Shown: positions 1-11,048 of the stretch, piece after piece
Numbering within the stretch: position 1 is the first letter of the stretch
Layout: each line of letters starts with the position of its first letter
DNA from: Dimorphilus gyrociliatus
Taxonomy: Eukaryota; Animalia; Annelida
Length of the DNA: 64,000 nucleotides
Reading direction: 5' to 3'
Assembly: GCA_904063045.1 (NCBI GenBank)
Contig: CAJFCJ010000013.1
Location: 726,156 to 790,155, forward strand
Position numbers and translations under genes: made by a program
The notes under the pieces: generated by a model
What the model was told of the DNA's origin: nothing
The model's database searches: none
Seen by the model: only the letters and a program-made list of their open reading frames with translations

Positions 1-1547
1 TTTTTCTTTTTATAGAGCAATTTCTGCCTACAACATGCAATGCTGTAGCAATACTTAACCTTCTTAGGATTTTACTTGTACATACTATTGTGTGCTGTTT
101 GAATGTAAATAAGTTTCTAATTAATGTATTAACTGTACTTAGCTGTGTATAACTTTTCTAGAACTTGCGAATTAGATATTTAACGGATTTAAATTTAAAA
201 ACAAATAACAAAAAAAACGAGTGAAAGCTAATAAATTTTACTTATTAGCTTTGACTGTCTGAAGCACACTTCTTAGGTCTTAGCTTCTGCAAATATGCTA
301 AACAGAAAAAGAATTGTACATACATTTGTTAATGTCATATGCACTAAAGTTAGATACCTCATTTTTACCTTATACTTTTAATTAATAATTTGAAATTAAG
401 TAAAGATTAGAGAAAATTAGAATAAGAAATCCATTGTCAAAAAAAAAAAACAAAAACACTAAAAAGATGAAAAGTATAATATTACATATTCATAGAAATC
501 TTGGAAAATAACTTAATTTGTTCTTTTCTTTTTATGTTTTGCTTCATAAAGATATTATTCATTTGTTATGTACCATAGATACTTCAAGTTAAAGAAATTA
601 TTCAGTTTTTAACCAGTATATCTGTGGTATATTTATTTTCAAAGTCTGTGATAGAGCGGTTTATTTTGTTATTAAAGATGTATCAGTTTAATCAAATGTA
701 TTCCAAAACCTGTATACTATTATACAATTTCATGCATACTAAAAACTTTGATCTGTTTTATGATTTCTTTTTGTTTGTTTGTTTGTTTATCAATCTATCA
801 AATCAAAATCTATCTCGTTATGAAGTGTAAAAAGTGAAAAAAGAGTGTTTTTATTTTTTTTCTTTTTTAGTGTCAAAGTATTCTTTTTTAACGATTCTGC
901 TTTGTTTATTCGTTCGCTAGCTAATCTGTTTATTTGTTTGTTTCCTTTTACTCTGCAAAGATGCTTTCAGTTCGGGCAAAAACCTTTGTTTTTTTTTTAT
1001 TTTTTGGATTCCTTTTTACTTCAAACTTATAACCGAAAGAAAATAATGCACACAAAACACAGTAATATATACACATAAAAAGGGAAGAAAAGCTATTTTC
1101 TTCCTTTTTTAAGTCAGAATACATGGTCATAAGCTAAAAATCTCTTATCTATCTTTAATGAAAGGTTTTAGCTATCTGAACTGGTTTATCGTTTCTCCAA
1201 AAAAAAAAAAAATAATGGTCAATAACCGTGTTTATTATCCACGTTTTATTCTTACTATGATTATTATTATTTTTATTATTATCTCTTTTTGTATATTGTG
1301 TGGGGGACAAGTAGAAATTTAGCAGTTCAACGTATTCCCTATGCCTTTAACTTTCAAATAAAGGAAATCTAGAATACGCAGCTTTGAAAAAGAAAATTAC
1401 TAAACGTTTATTATTTTTATTTAGCATTTAATATATTCAATAATACGAAAGTTGAATAGGTGAAACTATATACTATGGAATGTAAATCTCTGTTAATCAT
1501 TACGTGACGGATTGCGAATTGATTATATTTTGACAGCCTATATTTTC

Positions 1548-1556
1548 TGATGCAAT
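1548..1556 (+). promoter_or_regulatory. C/EBP-ATF composite element (CARE/AARE) TGATGCAAT upstream of PPP1R15
   Basis: Exact TGATGCAAT (reverse complement of the CHOP AARE core ATTGCATCA) about 200 bp before the uORFs. TATATAA at 1669-1675 and ETS-type CCGGAAGT at 1732-1739 also present. Confidence 0.6.
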
Positions 1557-1757
1557 TCCTCTGGACGGAACCTTTTTTTATATTATTACGACGAGGAATT
1601 TATTTATCTAATAAATTGACTATAATAACTTAAATAATTTTTTCCCAATTATTATAAATTATTAAATGTATATAATGGTCGAGTTTTCCCCATATTTTGC
1701 TGAATATAAGTTAGAACTATTTTTCGGAATTCCGGAAGTACGTCATAATAACCTTTC

Positions 1758-1778
1758 ATGAGTCATTTTCAAGAATGA
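1758..1778 (+). other. uORF1 (MSHFQE*) in the PPP1R15 leader
   Basis: ATG AGT CAT TTT CAA GAA TGA; its TGA overlaps the uORF2 ATG (ATGA, 1775-1778). TSS inferred near 1700 from the TATA-like element. Confidence 0.6.
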
Positions 1779-1972
1779 ACGTAGAAGGAAAAGGACATGT
1801 TACATTAAAATCATCTGATATGGCTTTGTTTGGTGAAGAAATAGCAAAATATATATTAGTTAATCCTGATTGTACAACAAATAAACCTTATTTTGAAGAA
1901 TTAATCGAAAAATTTGCCGAGGATCCTGATTTCGTCCAAAATCAAATACGTCATCAGCTTGGTTGGTTTTAA
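1775..1972 (+). CDS. uORF2, 65-aa peptide upstream of PPP1R15
   Basis: Uninterrupted ATG..TAA ORF with protein-like composition; stop is followed by one nt and then the PPP1R15 ATG (TAA-T-ATG). Confidence 0.6.
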   Translation: MNVEGKGHVTLKSSDMALFGEEIAKYILVNPDCTTNKPYFEELIEKFAEDPDFVQNQIRHQLGWF

Positions 1973-1973
1973 T

Positions 1974-2825
1974 ATGACTACATTTATAACGACTTTGTTT
2001 TCGAAGATGTCTTTTAATTCTGCCAATTCTTTGTTACCTATGAATTCAAAATCACGAAAGTTTCGGAGCTACGACAGACTCGATAGCTCGGGAATGGAAA
2101 TTGAAAATAAACATAAAAACGTATTGCGAAAAACAACTTCCGATTCAGGTGCCAGCTTTATCTCTTTTCAGCATGGTAATAGCGTTATGGCTAACAAAGC
2201 TCCTGAAAAATTACACAAATCATCCCTTCACCCATCAACATCCTGCCCATCGTTTACGTTGGTTTGTAACGTCAATGTGAACTCTTCTTCGCCCGATAGC
2301 GAAGACCCAGAAGTTGATACCCTGAATCATCAAAATATAACTTTCACCAAGAAAAAACGTAAAAAACGTCCCAGTAAACGAAAGAGATTAAAATTGAGAC
2401 TGACTAAACTGAGAGAAAATAGTATAAAAAAGTGTCCAACGAAAGATAAATTTTGTTCGGAAAGTATGAATAAACTTGTTCATGATTTTTGCGTCAGGGC
2501 TGGGGATGATTGCAACGATGACGAAGACTGGAGTGAATTTGAAGATGGCGAAGCCTTCGATGAATTAAACGATGACGATGACCTAGACAGTTCGGAATTT
2601 AATCAAATTCCAACTAAAACAAGAAGAGTTAGATTCCCCTCCGGTGATAAAATTCATGTTATCCACGAAATTGAAGATTTCAGTGACAAATTTAACTGGC
2701 ACTTTGTGGATAAACAACGTTTCAAAAATAGAATTGAGTCTTGTACTCCTATAATAAGTCCCTGTCTAGCTATTGAGCACAGGAGAAAAATGTATAAAAA
2801 GTTATTTGGTGCAGATTTAAAGTAA
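1974..2825 (+). CDS. PPP1R15: Protein phosphatase 1 regulatory subunit 15 (GADD34/CReP-like), intronless, 283 aa
   Basis: C-terminal RVxF motif (RRVRF) followed by W...DKQRFKNRI...ISPCLAIEHRRKMY, matching the GADD34/ICP34.5 eIF2alpha-PP1 module; acidic patch upstream. AATAAA at 2880-2885. Confidence 0.88.
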   Translation: MTTFITTLFSKMSFNSANSLLPMNSKSRKFRSYDRLDSSGMEIENKHKNVLRKTTSDSGASFISFQHGNSVMANKAPEKLHKSSLHPSTSCPSFTLVCNVNVNSSSPDSEDPEVDTLNHQNITFTKKKRKKRPSKRKRLKLRLTKLRENSIKKCPTKDKFCSESMNKLVHDFCVRAGDDCNDDEDWSEFEDGEAFDELNDDDDLDSSEFNQIPTKTRRVRFPSGDKIHVIHEIEDFSDKFNWHFVDKQRFKNRIESCTPIISPCLAIEHRRKMYKKLFGADLK

Positions 2826-2980
2826 AAGTTTTGTATTGTATTCTAACTTATTACTAATATTATTATTACTGCTATTATTAATAAAATTAATGTAAAAACG
2901 TTAACAGTTTTCTTGTTTCAAGATGAATCTATTATCTATTTTAAAAAAATTTATTGCTCTTTTGTTTTATCAGTGACTGT

Positions 2981-4726
2981 TCACGTTACGACAACGTGAT
3001 GTTCATTGGTGACACTTGGCGACTTAGTTAATTGGCGTTCTATTTTTCGAGCGGCCTCTCTTTTCTTTATCTTTTTCAACGTTGAAACGAGAAGTGGAAC
3101 CGATGCATTCATACTCAGACGACGCCACTTTTCTAAACATTTGACTGTTAGAATCTTGAATCCACCATCTAAACGCCTATTACTTAGGTCAATCACCTCT
3201 AGATCTTGTGATCTTGATCTATAATCTCTAGGCGGTGCGAATGGTAGCTTATGATAAAGCCAAACCCAATCTTTACCAACATCTTCCGATGCCAATTTAA
3301 ATGCCTCTTCCAATTCGTCCTTTTCGTGAGTCAGCATGCCTGGCGTGTATCCATAGTGATAGATCTTTTTTACTGTGTCCGAATGTAATTTTAATTCTCG
3401 AATACGCTTTAGGATGGTTACTCTATTAGAGTGTAATTGAATATCTGCGAGAACCAATTCCATATCCTGATTTTGTCTTTCTAACTGTCCAGCGGCTATT
3501 TCCTGAGATTTAAAAGCGGTATCTAGTTCTGATCTTAATCTTAAAATATCCCTATCAATTCTATCTTGTTCCGCTTGAAGAGTTGTTATTTGAGTATCAA
3601 TAACTTCACCTTTTCCGTCTAATCTTCTGATTTCATCTTTTAAATTTTCCGTTGTAGAAGATAAATAATTAAAAACTGTCGGCGAATTTTCTTTTCTCGT
3701 TTGCATTTTATGGCGACATTTCTCCAAATCTCTCCATTTATTATCCCTGTCGCGAGCCACATTATTCCTGTGTTCTCGAGCATCTAATTCCCTCCTCTTA
3801 AAGTAACGTTTCTCGTCCCTAGCTTCTGTTAGAAATCTCTCAACTTTAGACGCCTGCAGCGACTTCCTTTTCGATTTCAGCTCCAGACGATCTCGTTCAG
3901 CTTCAAGAGCTTTTAGGACATCTCTCAACTCCAATTTCTTTTTATTATACATGTTTATTTCTTGTTGAATTTTCCTCGTATAAGTCGCATCCGAGGTGAC
4001 CCATCTTTTCATTGGTTCGCAAACCCTTCTTAAGCGTTCGACTATTTCCTTCATTAGATCATAAACTCGATCATAGTTATTGATATATTTCGTAATGGGA
4101 CCAGGAGCACCATATGTATCCATCTCATCAAGTGTAGAATCGAGTTCTTGGAATCTTTCTCTTATATCACTATCCCATTGAGAAATTTTTCTTTCTTGTT
4201 CGTCTATAGGCTTTAGGTCATAGCCCTCTGCTTCTTGATAAAAGCTTAAACAGTAAGGTTTCAATTGGTGAGTGTAGGCGTCGTATAAGTCATTTTTCAG
4301 CGAAAAACTAATATATTCATATACCCTCCCCCTCTCGCACATAGTTCGTAATTGACCATACTCTTTTGTTTCAACCCTTGATTTTGATTGTAACGGTTCG
4401 AAGTCTTTATAGTCTTCTAACTCTGATAGTTTCTTTCCTGAATTTGATGCAATCTTCTCCATACTATCCAGCCATTTTTCGGTATCAGGCGGTGGCCCAC
4501 TTAAATATCTTTCCGAAAATATATGGCACTCCTTTTCAACATTATAAATAGCTCTCATTATCCTAGCTCGAACTACCTCCAGGGAAACAGGTATATATTC
4601 GGCCCTCCTCCGTCTACTTGTATTGGGAGAATCCAATGACGATGAGCTCATCTTGAATTTCGATCTGCGAATGAAGCGGCGATGAGTGAAAACAGAATTT
4701 AGTGATCGGCATTGTTTTGAATTCAT
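2981..4726 (-). CDS. Intronless coiled-coil protein with C-terminal death domain (581 aa; start may be 4651)
   Basis: Long ORF rich in E/K/R/L heptads; C-terminus FKLASEDVGKDWVWLYHKL...KCLEKWRR..ASVPLLVSTLKKIK..AARKIE fits the death-domain pattern. AATAAA on the minus strand at 2950-2955. Confidence 0.8.
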   Translation of the reverse strand: MNSKQCRSLNSVFTHRRFIRRSKFKMSSSSLDSPNTSRRRRAEYIPVSLEVVRARIMRAIYNVEKECHIFSERYLSGPPPDTEKWLDSMEKIASNSGKKLSELEDYKDFEPLQSKSRVETKEYGQLRTMCERGRVYEYISFSLKNDLYDAYTHQLKPYCLSFYQEAEGYDLKPIDEQERKISQWDSDIRERFQELDSTLDEMDTYGAPGPITKYINNYDRVYDLMKEIVERLRRVCEPMKRWVTSDATYTRKIQQEINMYNKKKLELRDVLKALEAERDRLELKSKRKSLQASKVERFLTEARDEKRYFKRRELDAREHRNNVARDRDNKWRDLEKCRHKMQTRKENSPTVFNYLSSTTENLKDEIRRLDGKGEVIDTQITTLQAEQDRIDRDILRLRSELDTAFKSQEIAAGQLERQNQDMELVLADIQLHSNRVTILKRIRELKLHSDTVKKIYHYGYTPGMLTHEKDELEEAFKLASEDVGKDWVWLYHKLPFAPPRDYRSRSQDLEVIDLSNRRLDGGFKILTVKCLEKWRRLSMNASVPLLVSTLKKIKKREAARKIERQLTKSPSVTNEHHVVVT

Positions 4727-4878
4727 GCTGTCTCTCTATCTAGATAGCTTAAGTGAGTGACGAAAATTATTGAATAGATCAACAGGGCAACGTGCAATAT
4801 TCGTTTATATTCTAGTCCGTTCAATACCCGAAAGAATGTATTTATTTTCTATTTATTACCATAATTCAACATTATGTT

Positions 4879-6077
4879 CTATAAGGGCGTTTCATCGAAA
4901 CTGAATGAATCTTCATAAATGTTTTCTTCCGATTCAAAGACTTTAAATGGCCTTAAGAAAACGGCAGGTACTAATCCCTTTTGACCGTTGCAACTGACCA
5001 TCCACCACCCGTCGTTGCAAATATAATTGACTTTCACTATTACCCCTTTCTCAAAGCTTAGCTCGTCCTCTCGATTTTTGTTATAGTTTTCGATTGTGAT
5101 ACAAGTCAAATCCGTTATTATTGGATTGCTTTTGGAAGTACTGTCATAAGTCGGTTGTAAATAGGACGCGGGAACCCAAGCTGGTTTGTCGTCACTTTCA
5201 TCGATAATTTGAACAAGCCACCACCCATTACTACTTTTCTGTACCACATCTACTATCTGACCACACTTTAGGGTCTTCTCGTCTTTAGATTCCTTAGTAT
5301 AATCAGCTATTACTTCGTACGACGAACAATGAATTGGCGGCGATACGGACAAGTAAACACCGTCTCTATTATGTTGTCTACCATTTAAAAGCGATAGTAA
5401 ACTAAAAGACTTTTTTTTCTTTTGCAGAACTCTTTCTCCATTGAAAAACTTAAGGTCTTTGGCATTTATTGTGAAAAATTTTGATACTTGGTCGTTAATT
5501 TCTAAGAGTCTTAAATCCATTAGATTTTTAGAATATTTTTCCAACTTTTTACTTCTCTCTTCCGCAAACTTTCTTGTTTCCATTCTTCTAAATAATTTTT
5601 TACCTTTTAAGAAAAAAAAAACTATAAATTTTAAAGCCAGAGTGATTGATGTAAAAACAGTTTTTGTTCCATGAATAATTGAGAACGTTCTTTTTTGTAA
5701 CCTGGTAAGAATGGAAGTGTACGTTGTCCTTTTTTAGGGAAAAGCACTTTCAGATTTAACTGTATTATAGAAGAAAACGTGATTTTAAAAAGTTATTAAC
5801 GAACAGTATTTTTAATTTTATTTGAAGGAAATAAAAAGTTTTTAATAATATTACTTACGTGGAAATTTAAAAAGTCTTTATAAGTTCTGTAAACAACATA
5901 TTTTGTCTTATCCGACCAACCAATAGAGAACAAAAATATCTGTTGTTAATAAAAGAATTAATAAATTTTTACTTTAGCGAATTCATTGATCATAATAGGT
6001 CTTTTTACGTAGTGTTTCTTTGGCTCGTATTCTTTTTCGAATCCAACGGATGTGATATCTTCAATGAATCGACTCAT
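4879..6077 (-). CDS. NADPH oxidase organiser-like PX-SH3-SH3 protein (p47phox/NOXO1/TKS family); exons 6077-6009, 5939-5859, 5759-5702, 5603-4879
   Basis: Spliced frame MSRFIEDITSVGFEKEYEPKKHY/IFLFSIGWSDKTKYVVYRTYKDFLNFH/LNLKVLFPKKGQRTLPFLPG/KKLFRR...AEERSKKLEKY matches the PX domain; two SH3 domains (GWW..AWVPASYL; GWW..GLVPAVFL). All junctions GT-AG with consistent phase. Confidence 0.85.
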
Positions 6078-6670
6078 TTTCGTCAAATGAAAATATCTAT
6101 AATCTTTCTACTGCTTAAAATCTAAATGATTCACATTTGACATTTTCATAAAATGTAGTATAAACAAAGTGTATAAATAAGATATTTAGCTTAATTTATT
6201 ACACGTCAACTTTGGCTTGGTCGACCAATTGACCCTAATGAATGTTTGTACTTGAAAGGATATTCCGTTTTATGATATCTTTCGCTAGATATACTATTTA
6301 CTGTGTTTACATACTCTTTAAATGTGATGGCTAGGGGAATAAATACGGAACAGAATAAAAAGAACAAACTTTAATCAAAAAGAGTAAACAGTTGGAAGAT
6401 ATTTGAAGTAACCGCCTCATTTATTTTACTAAAATTTAGAATTTAGAATCATGGATACGAATTAAAATAATGATGTAAAAATTTAAGGGAAAAAGTTTGG
6501 TTTGTAAAAAAAATAGAAAAAATACGAAAACAAGTGTTATAATTTTACAGGAAGTCAAAACTATACACATCCGGTTCGGCATCAAAACAATTGATATATG
6601 TTGTTTTTTTAATAATAACATTCAATAAAAAGTCAATCTGACACTTTAGAGTAGTCATGAACTAATAATC

Positions 6671-7698
<1,028 letters not shown>

Positions 7699-8372
7699 TC
7701 TATCTGAATGGCTTCCCTTTCCCTCTAACTATATACACACAGCAACAGACGTTGCTCAATACTCCTAGTAAATAGCTACTATGTGATACTCAATTTCAAT
7801 CTCCACTTTCTTTTTTCCTCTCCACTTGCATTAGTGCACCTCTAACTTGTTGCATCTATTTTGTTACCTATATCAACGAAAATTTACAATAAAAGAATAA
7901 ACAAAACTATTTATTTCGTACAAAATTTCAACTTGATTATTTTGAGAATTCCATATGGTATTTCATATGATAAATATATATATATATAAAAAGTAATAAA
8001 AAAAAACTCCCACAGGAATGACAATACGTAAAAAAACATTTTTATACTATCAAACTATATTCCTAACTAGGCAGATTGTATTGCTTATAAAATATTTATA
8101 TTCTTCAAATTGCTAAAAGATGTAAAGGATAAGAAATTTCACTAGAAAACAAACTATAACAAAACAATTAATATATCAAATAAAAATTAATACAGCAGCA
8201 TCTTTCTTTTCATTTCCTAAATATGAAGAAAATAGGCCAAATGAATGCTGTTATTTTCTTCGTTAACTCTTTTATTATTATTATTATTATTTATAACAGT
8301 GTAAATCTATGGGAAAAAAATCCGTTTGAAGTCTATAGAAACCTTAGAACGCTCTTTCTTGTCCTTTCAAGA

Positions 8373-9712
8373 TTAGCGCTTCTTTTTACCGGGTAAGTTA
8401 ACAACATAGCGTTGTCCAACTTGTAATGGAGGAGAGAATCCTTCTGGATAGGAATCGTCTTCAAATTGTAATTGATAATTGTCGGTTGCCTGTAGGTAAG
8501 GAAAGATGATAAAATGATAACCTTTTTAGTTTAGTTGGGAAGAAAAATCGTTTGCTTATACCCTTTCTGGACGTTTATGAACAATAGCGTGGTAGAAGCA
8601 AGTTGTCTGAGGATACAAGGCCAGTACGTCCTAATTGGGAAATAAATATCCAGTTAAAAATAGATACAGTCTGGTTATTTTGTATGAACTACAGACATCT
8701 CCGACTTGAAAGAGTGCATCTGGATCAGTTTCCGGGTTAGCTTTATAGATTGGTAGCGGAAGAACTTTCGAACGGGCTATACGATATTTTTCGTTTCCTT
8801 CATCAACGTCCTCCACTTCGAAACGATTAGTAGAAGGCCAATGATTTGTTATTGTTGCTAGAATCCAATTTTCTTCGCCATCATTGTTCTTTACCCTAGC
8901 AGCTATCTAGAATTTCACAAAAGAGGTAGAAAATCGTTTGAGAATTTAGTCAAATGATATAATTAATAAAAATTACTACAGGTAAATAAAGGTTATCTGA
9001 GGAAACCTTAGAACAACAAGCATTTTCTCTTTTTTTGCGAAAAAGTGGTGTTATAAACTCGCTTGGAAACCAGAATAATCTTTTTACTTACCTTATCTCC
9101 AACCTGTGGAATATAATCCGTCGGAGCCGGTTTTGATCCACTCAATGGAGGGCTTTCCTCGCCCAACTCTCCAACCCACAAAGGCAAACTATTAGCACTT
9201 TGTTGTAGTATTGAGAGTAGAACGCCTCTTCGTAATTTTTCTTTAGGTTGGGATAATTGAACTGCAATAAGGATGGATATAGTTTATTTTACAAAAGACT
9301 GTTAAAGTAGCATTTAGCTAACCTCTTTGAGATAGGAACTGTTTTATATCAGTAATTCTCCTAAGGGCATCCCTAATGGCAGTGGTTTCGGCTTGAGCGT
9401 CTTGCATAGCAGTACAATAGAGTCCTTTCAGCTTTTGTCTTAAATACGATGACACTACAATTGAGAAAAACATTAGCGTATAAGTTGAATAAAATATAAA
9501 ATATACGTACTACTTTTGTTTTCTTGTATAAAGTGTTCGTGTGTTTTTGTAATATTACTTAAAGTATGCTCGCTATGAGATCTTTCTTCTTGAACTTTAA
9601 ATATAGACTTTCTCAGATCGCCTAACATTAAATGCATCTTTTCCACAGCTTCATTTTTCTGATTATGGTGATTATGCTTGTGAATTCCATTCGTTTGCTT
9701 GCTCCTACCCAT
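8373..9712 (-). CDS. SGF29: SAGA-associated factor 29 (tandem Tudor), multi-exon
   Basis: QEERSHSEHTLSNITKTHE, LPLWVG, EENWILA, KANPETDPDALF and terminal FEDDSYPEGFSPPLQVGQRYVV..KKKR*. Start codon position approximate. Confidence 0.93.
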
Positions 9713-9954
9713 TTTCAATTAACAAAGAAGAGTAGATGCTGACCTGTTTCGATAAAAATAATGAAATTAATATATTATAAACTGATAAAACACACTAAAC
9801 TAACGAAAGAAAAGTTACTTTAAGTCAATTTGAACCATTTATTTGTCAGATCGCATTTATAATTATGCCTATATTATTAAAAATCACCGGTTTTTTCTTC
9901 CAAAATAGTGTAAAATATACAAGAAATATCATTAAACTGGTTACCAGTATTTTG

Positions 9955-10019
9955 ACACGTGATCAGTCACGTGTTATGACGTCATTTTTTTGTTGACGTT
10001 CTCATTGATTCGCCATTTT
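9955..10019. promoter_or_regulatory. Bidirectional SGF29/MTMR promoter: two inverted E-boxes, palindromic CRE and YY1-like site
   Basis: ACACGTGA (9955-9962) TCAG TCACGTGT (9967-9974), ATGACGTCAT (9976-9985), CGCCATTTT (10011-10019), between divergent genes. Confidence 0.65.
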
Positions 10020-11048
10020 GGTTTTACGCTCATGGATTAGGTGGTATTGAAATTATTAGAACATCAAATTTTCAGCATACCTAGGTGCCAGAAAGCGCTT
10101 TTGAAATTGTTCACTTTCAGGTAATATATAAATTTTTCTAACATGCAGAAGCATGATCAATTTTGGCAATCTACATCTTATTAAAATGAATCGATTTCAT
10201 CTTGTTTTCGGTTTCCCAACCACCCATTGGTTATTGTGTATTGAACAATTATAGAGAATATTAGATATATAGCGAAATGTAGCATTTGAACAATAAGAAT
10301 AGCAGAGAAAAACTGAAATCTTGAAATGTATTCGATTCTACGCCTTTAGCCTTGACACTCAGCTAGTTTGTTATCAAATAAACGATGTTTTTAAGACTTA
10401 TAGTTTTATGTGTATGGAAAATAATTTGGAAATTTGAGATATACGAATTATACTTTACCATAAAACAGCTTGAATTTTTGTTATTTTGCTATTTCCCATC
10501 GATTATTGTCCAGTAACTAATCAGATCTTATCTTATCGTTAGATTGCATCATTTAATTTTTTCATTAATGTATTTATGTTGAAATTGTCTTTATTTTGAT
10601 AATTTTTTTTAACAGGGAAGCACTGAAATAATTTTCCCTCATCGTCAGTGTATAATTTCAGTAAGTATACATTCTTTTTTTATATATATATATCCGCCGA
10701 TTCTTAAAACAAACTTTGGAATTTGGCTAAATTCTTTTTAAAAAGGCCTTTCCTCTACATGTTTTTGATTCCACGAAAGATTTTTTTTTGTAAAAAAAAT
10801 CAATGAAGCCAGGCTCAATTTTAGTTTATATCAATATGAATCTAGCCTATTACCTATATCACTTTTTTGGTGATGATTAGAATTGATAAAGAAACAATGA
10901 CCTGGTTTTCAGATTCCTTCTTTCAATTTACTTAATCTAAATATATGTTATTATTATTATGTCTACCATTCTCATTCTTTATGTCACCTTGAGAATGTTT
11001 AAACAGACAAAAATAATCGAGTAAAGCGTGATTATTTTTCCTATATAA

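Noticed and set aside
240-1130. Possible small minus-strand gene (MTMYSDLKKEENSF.., ..YLQKLRPKKCASDSQS*)
   Set aside because: Could not build a phase-consistent exon chain; no recognisable homology.
1914-1973. ORF-track start of PPP1R15 at 1914
   Set aside because: It is a near-cognate TTG inside uORF2; the first ATG in frame is 1974. It remains a formal uORF-bypass start but has no support.
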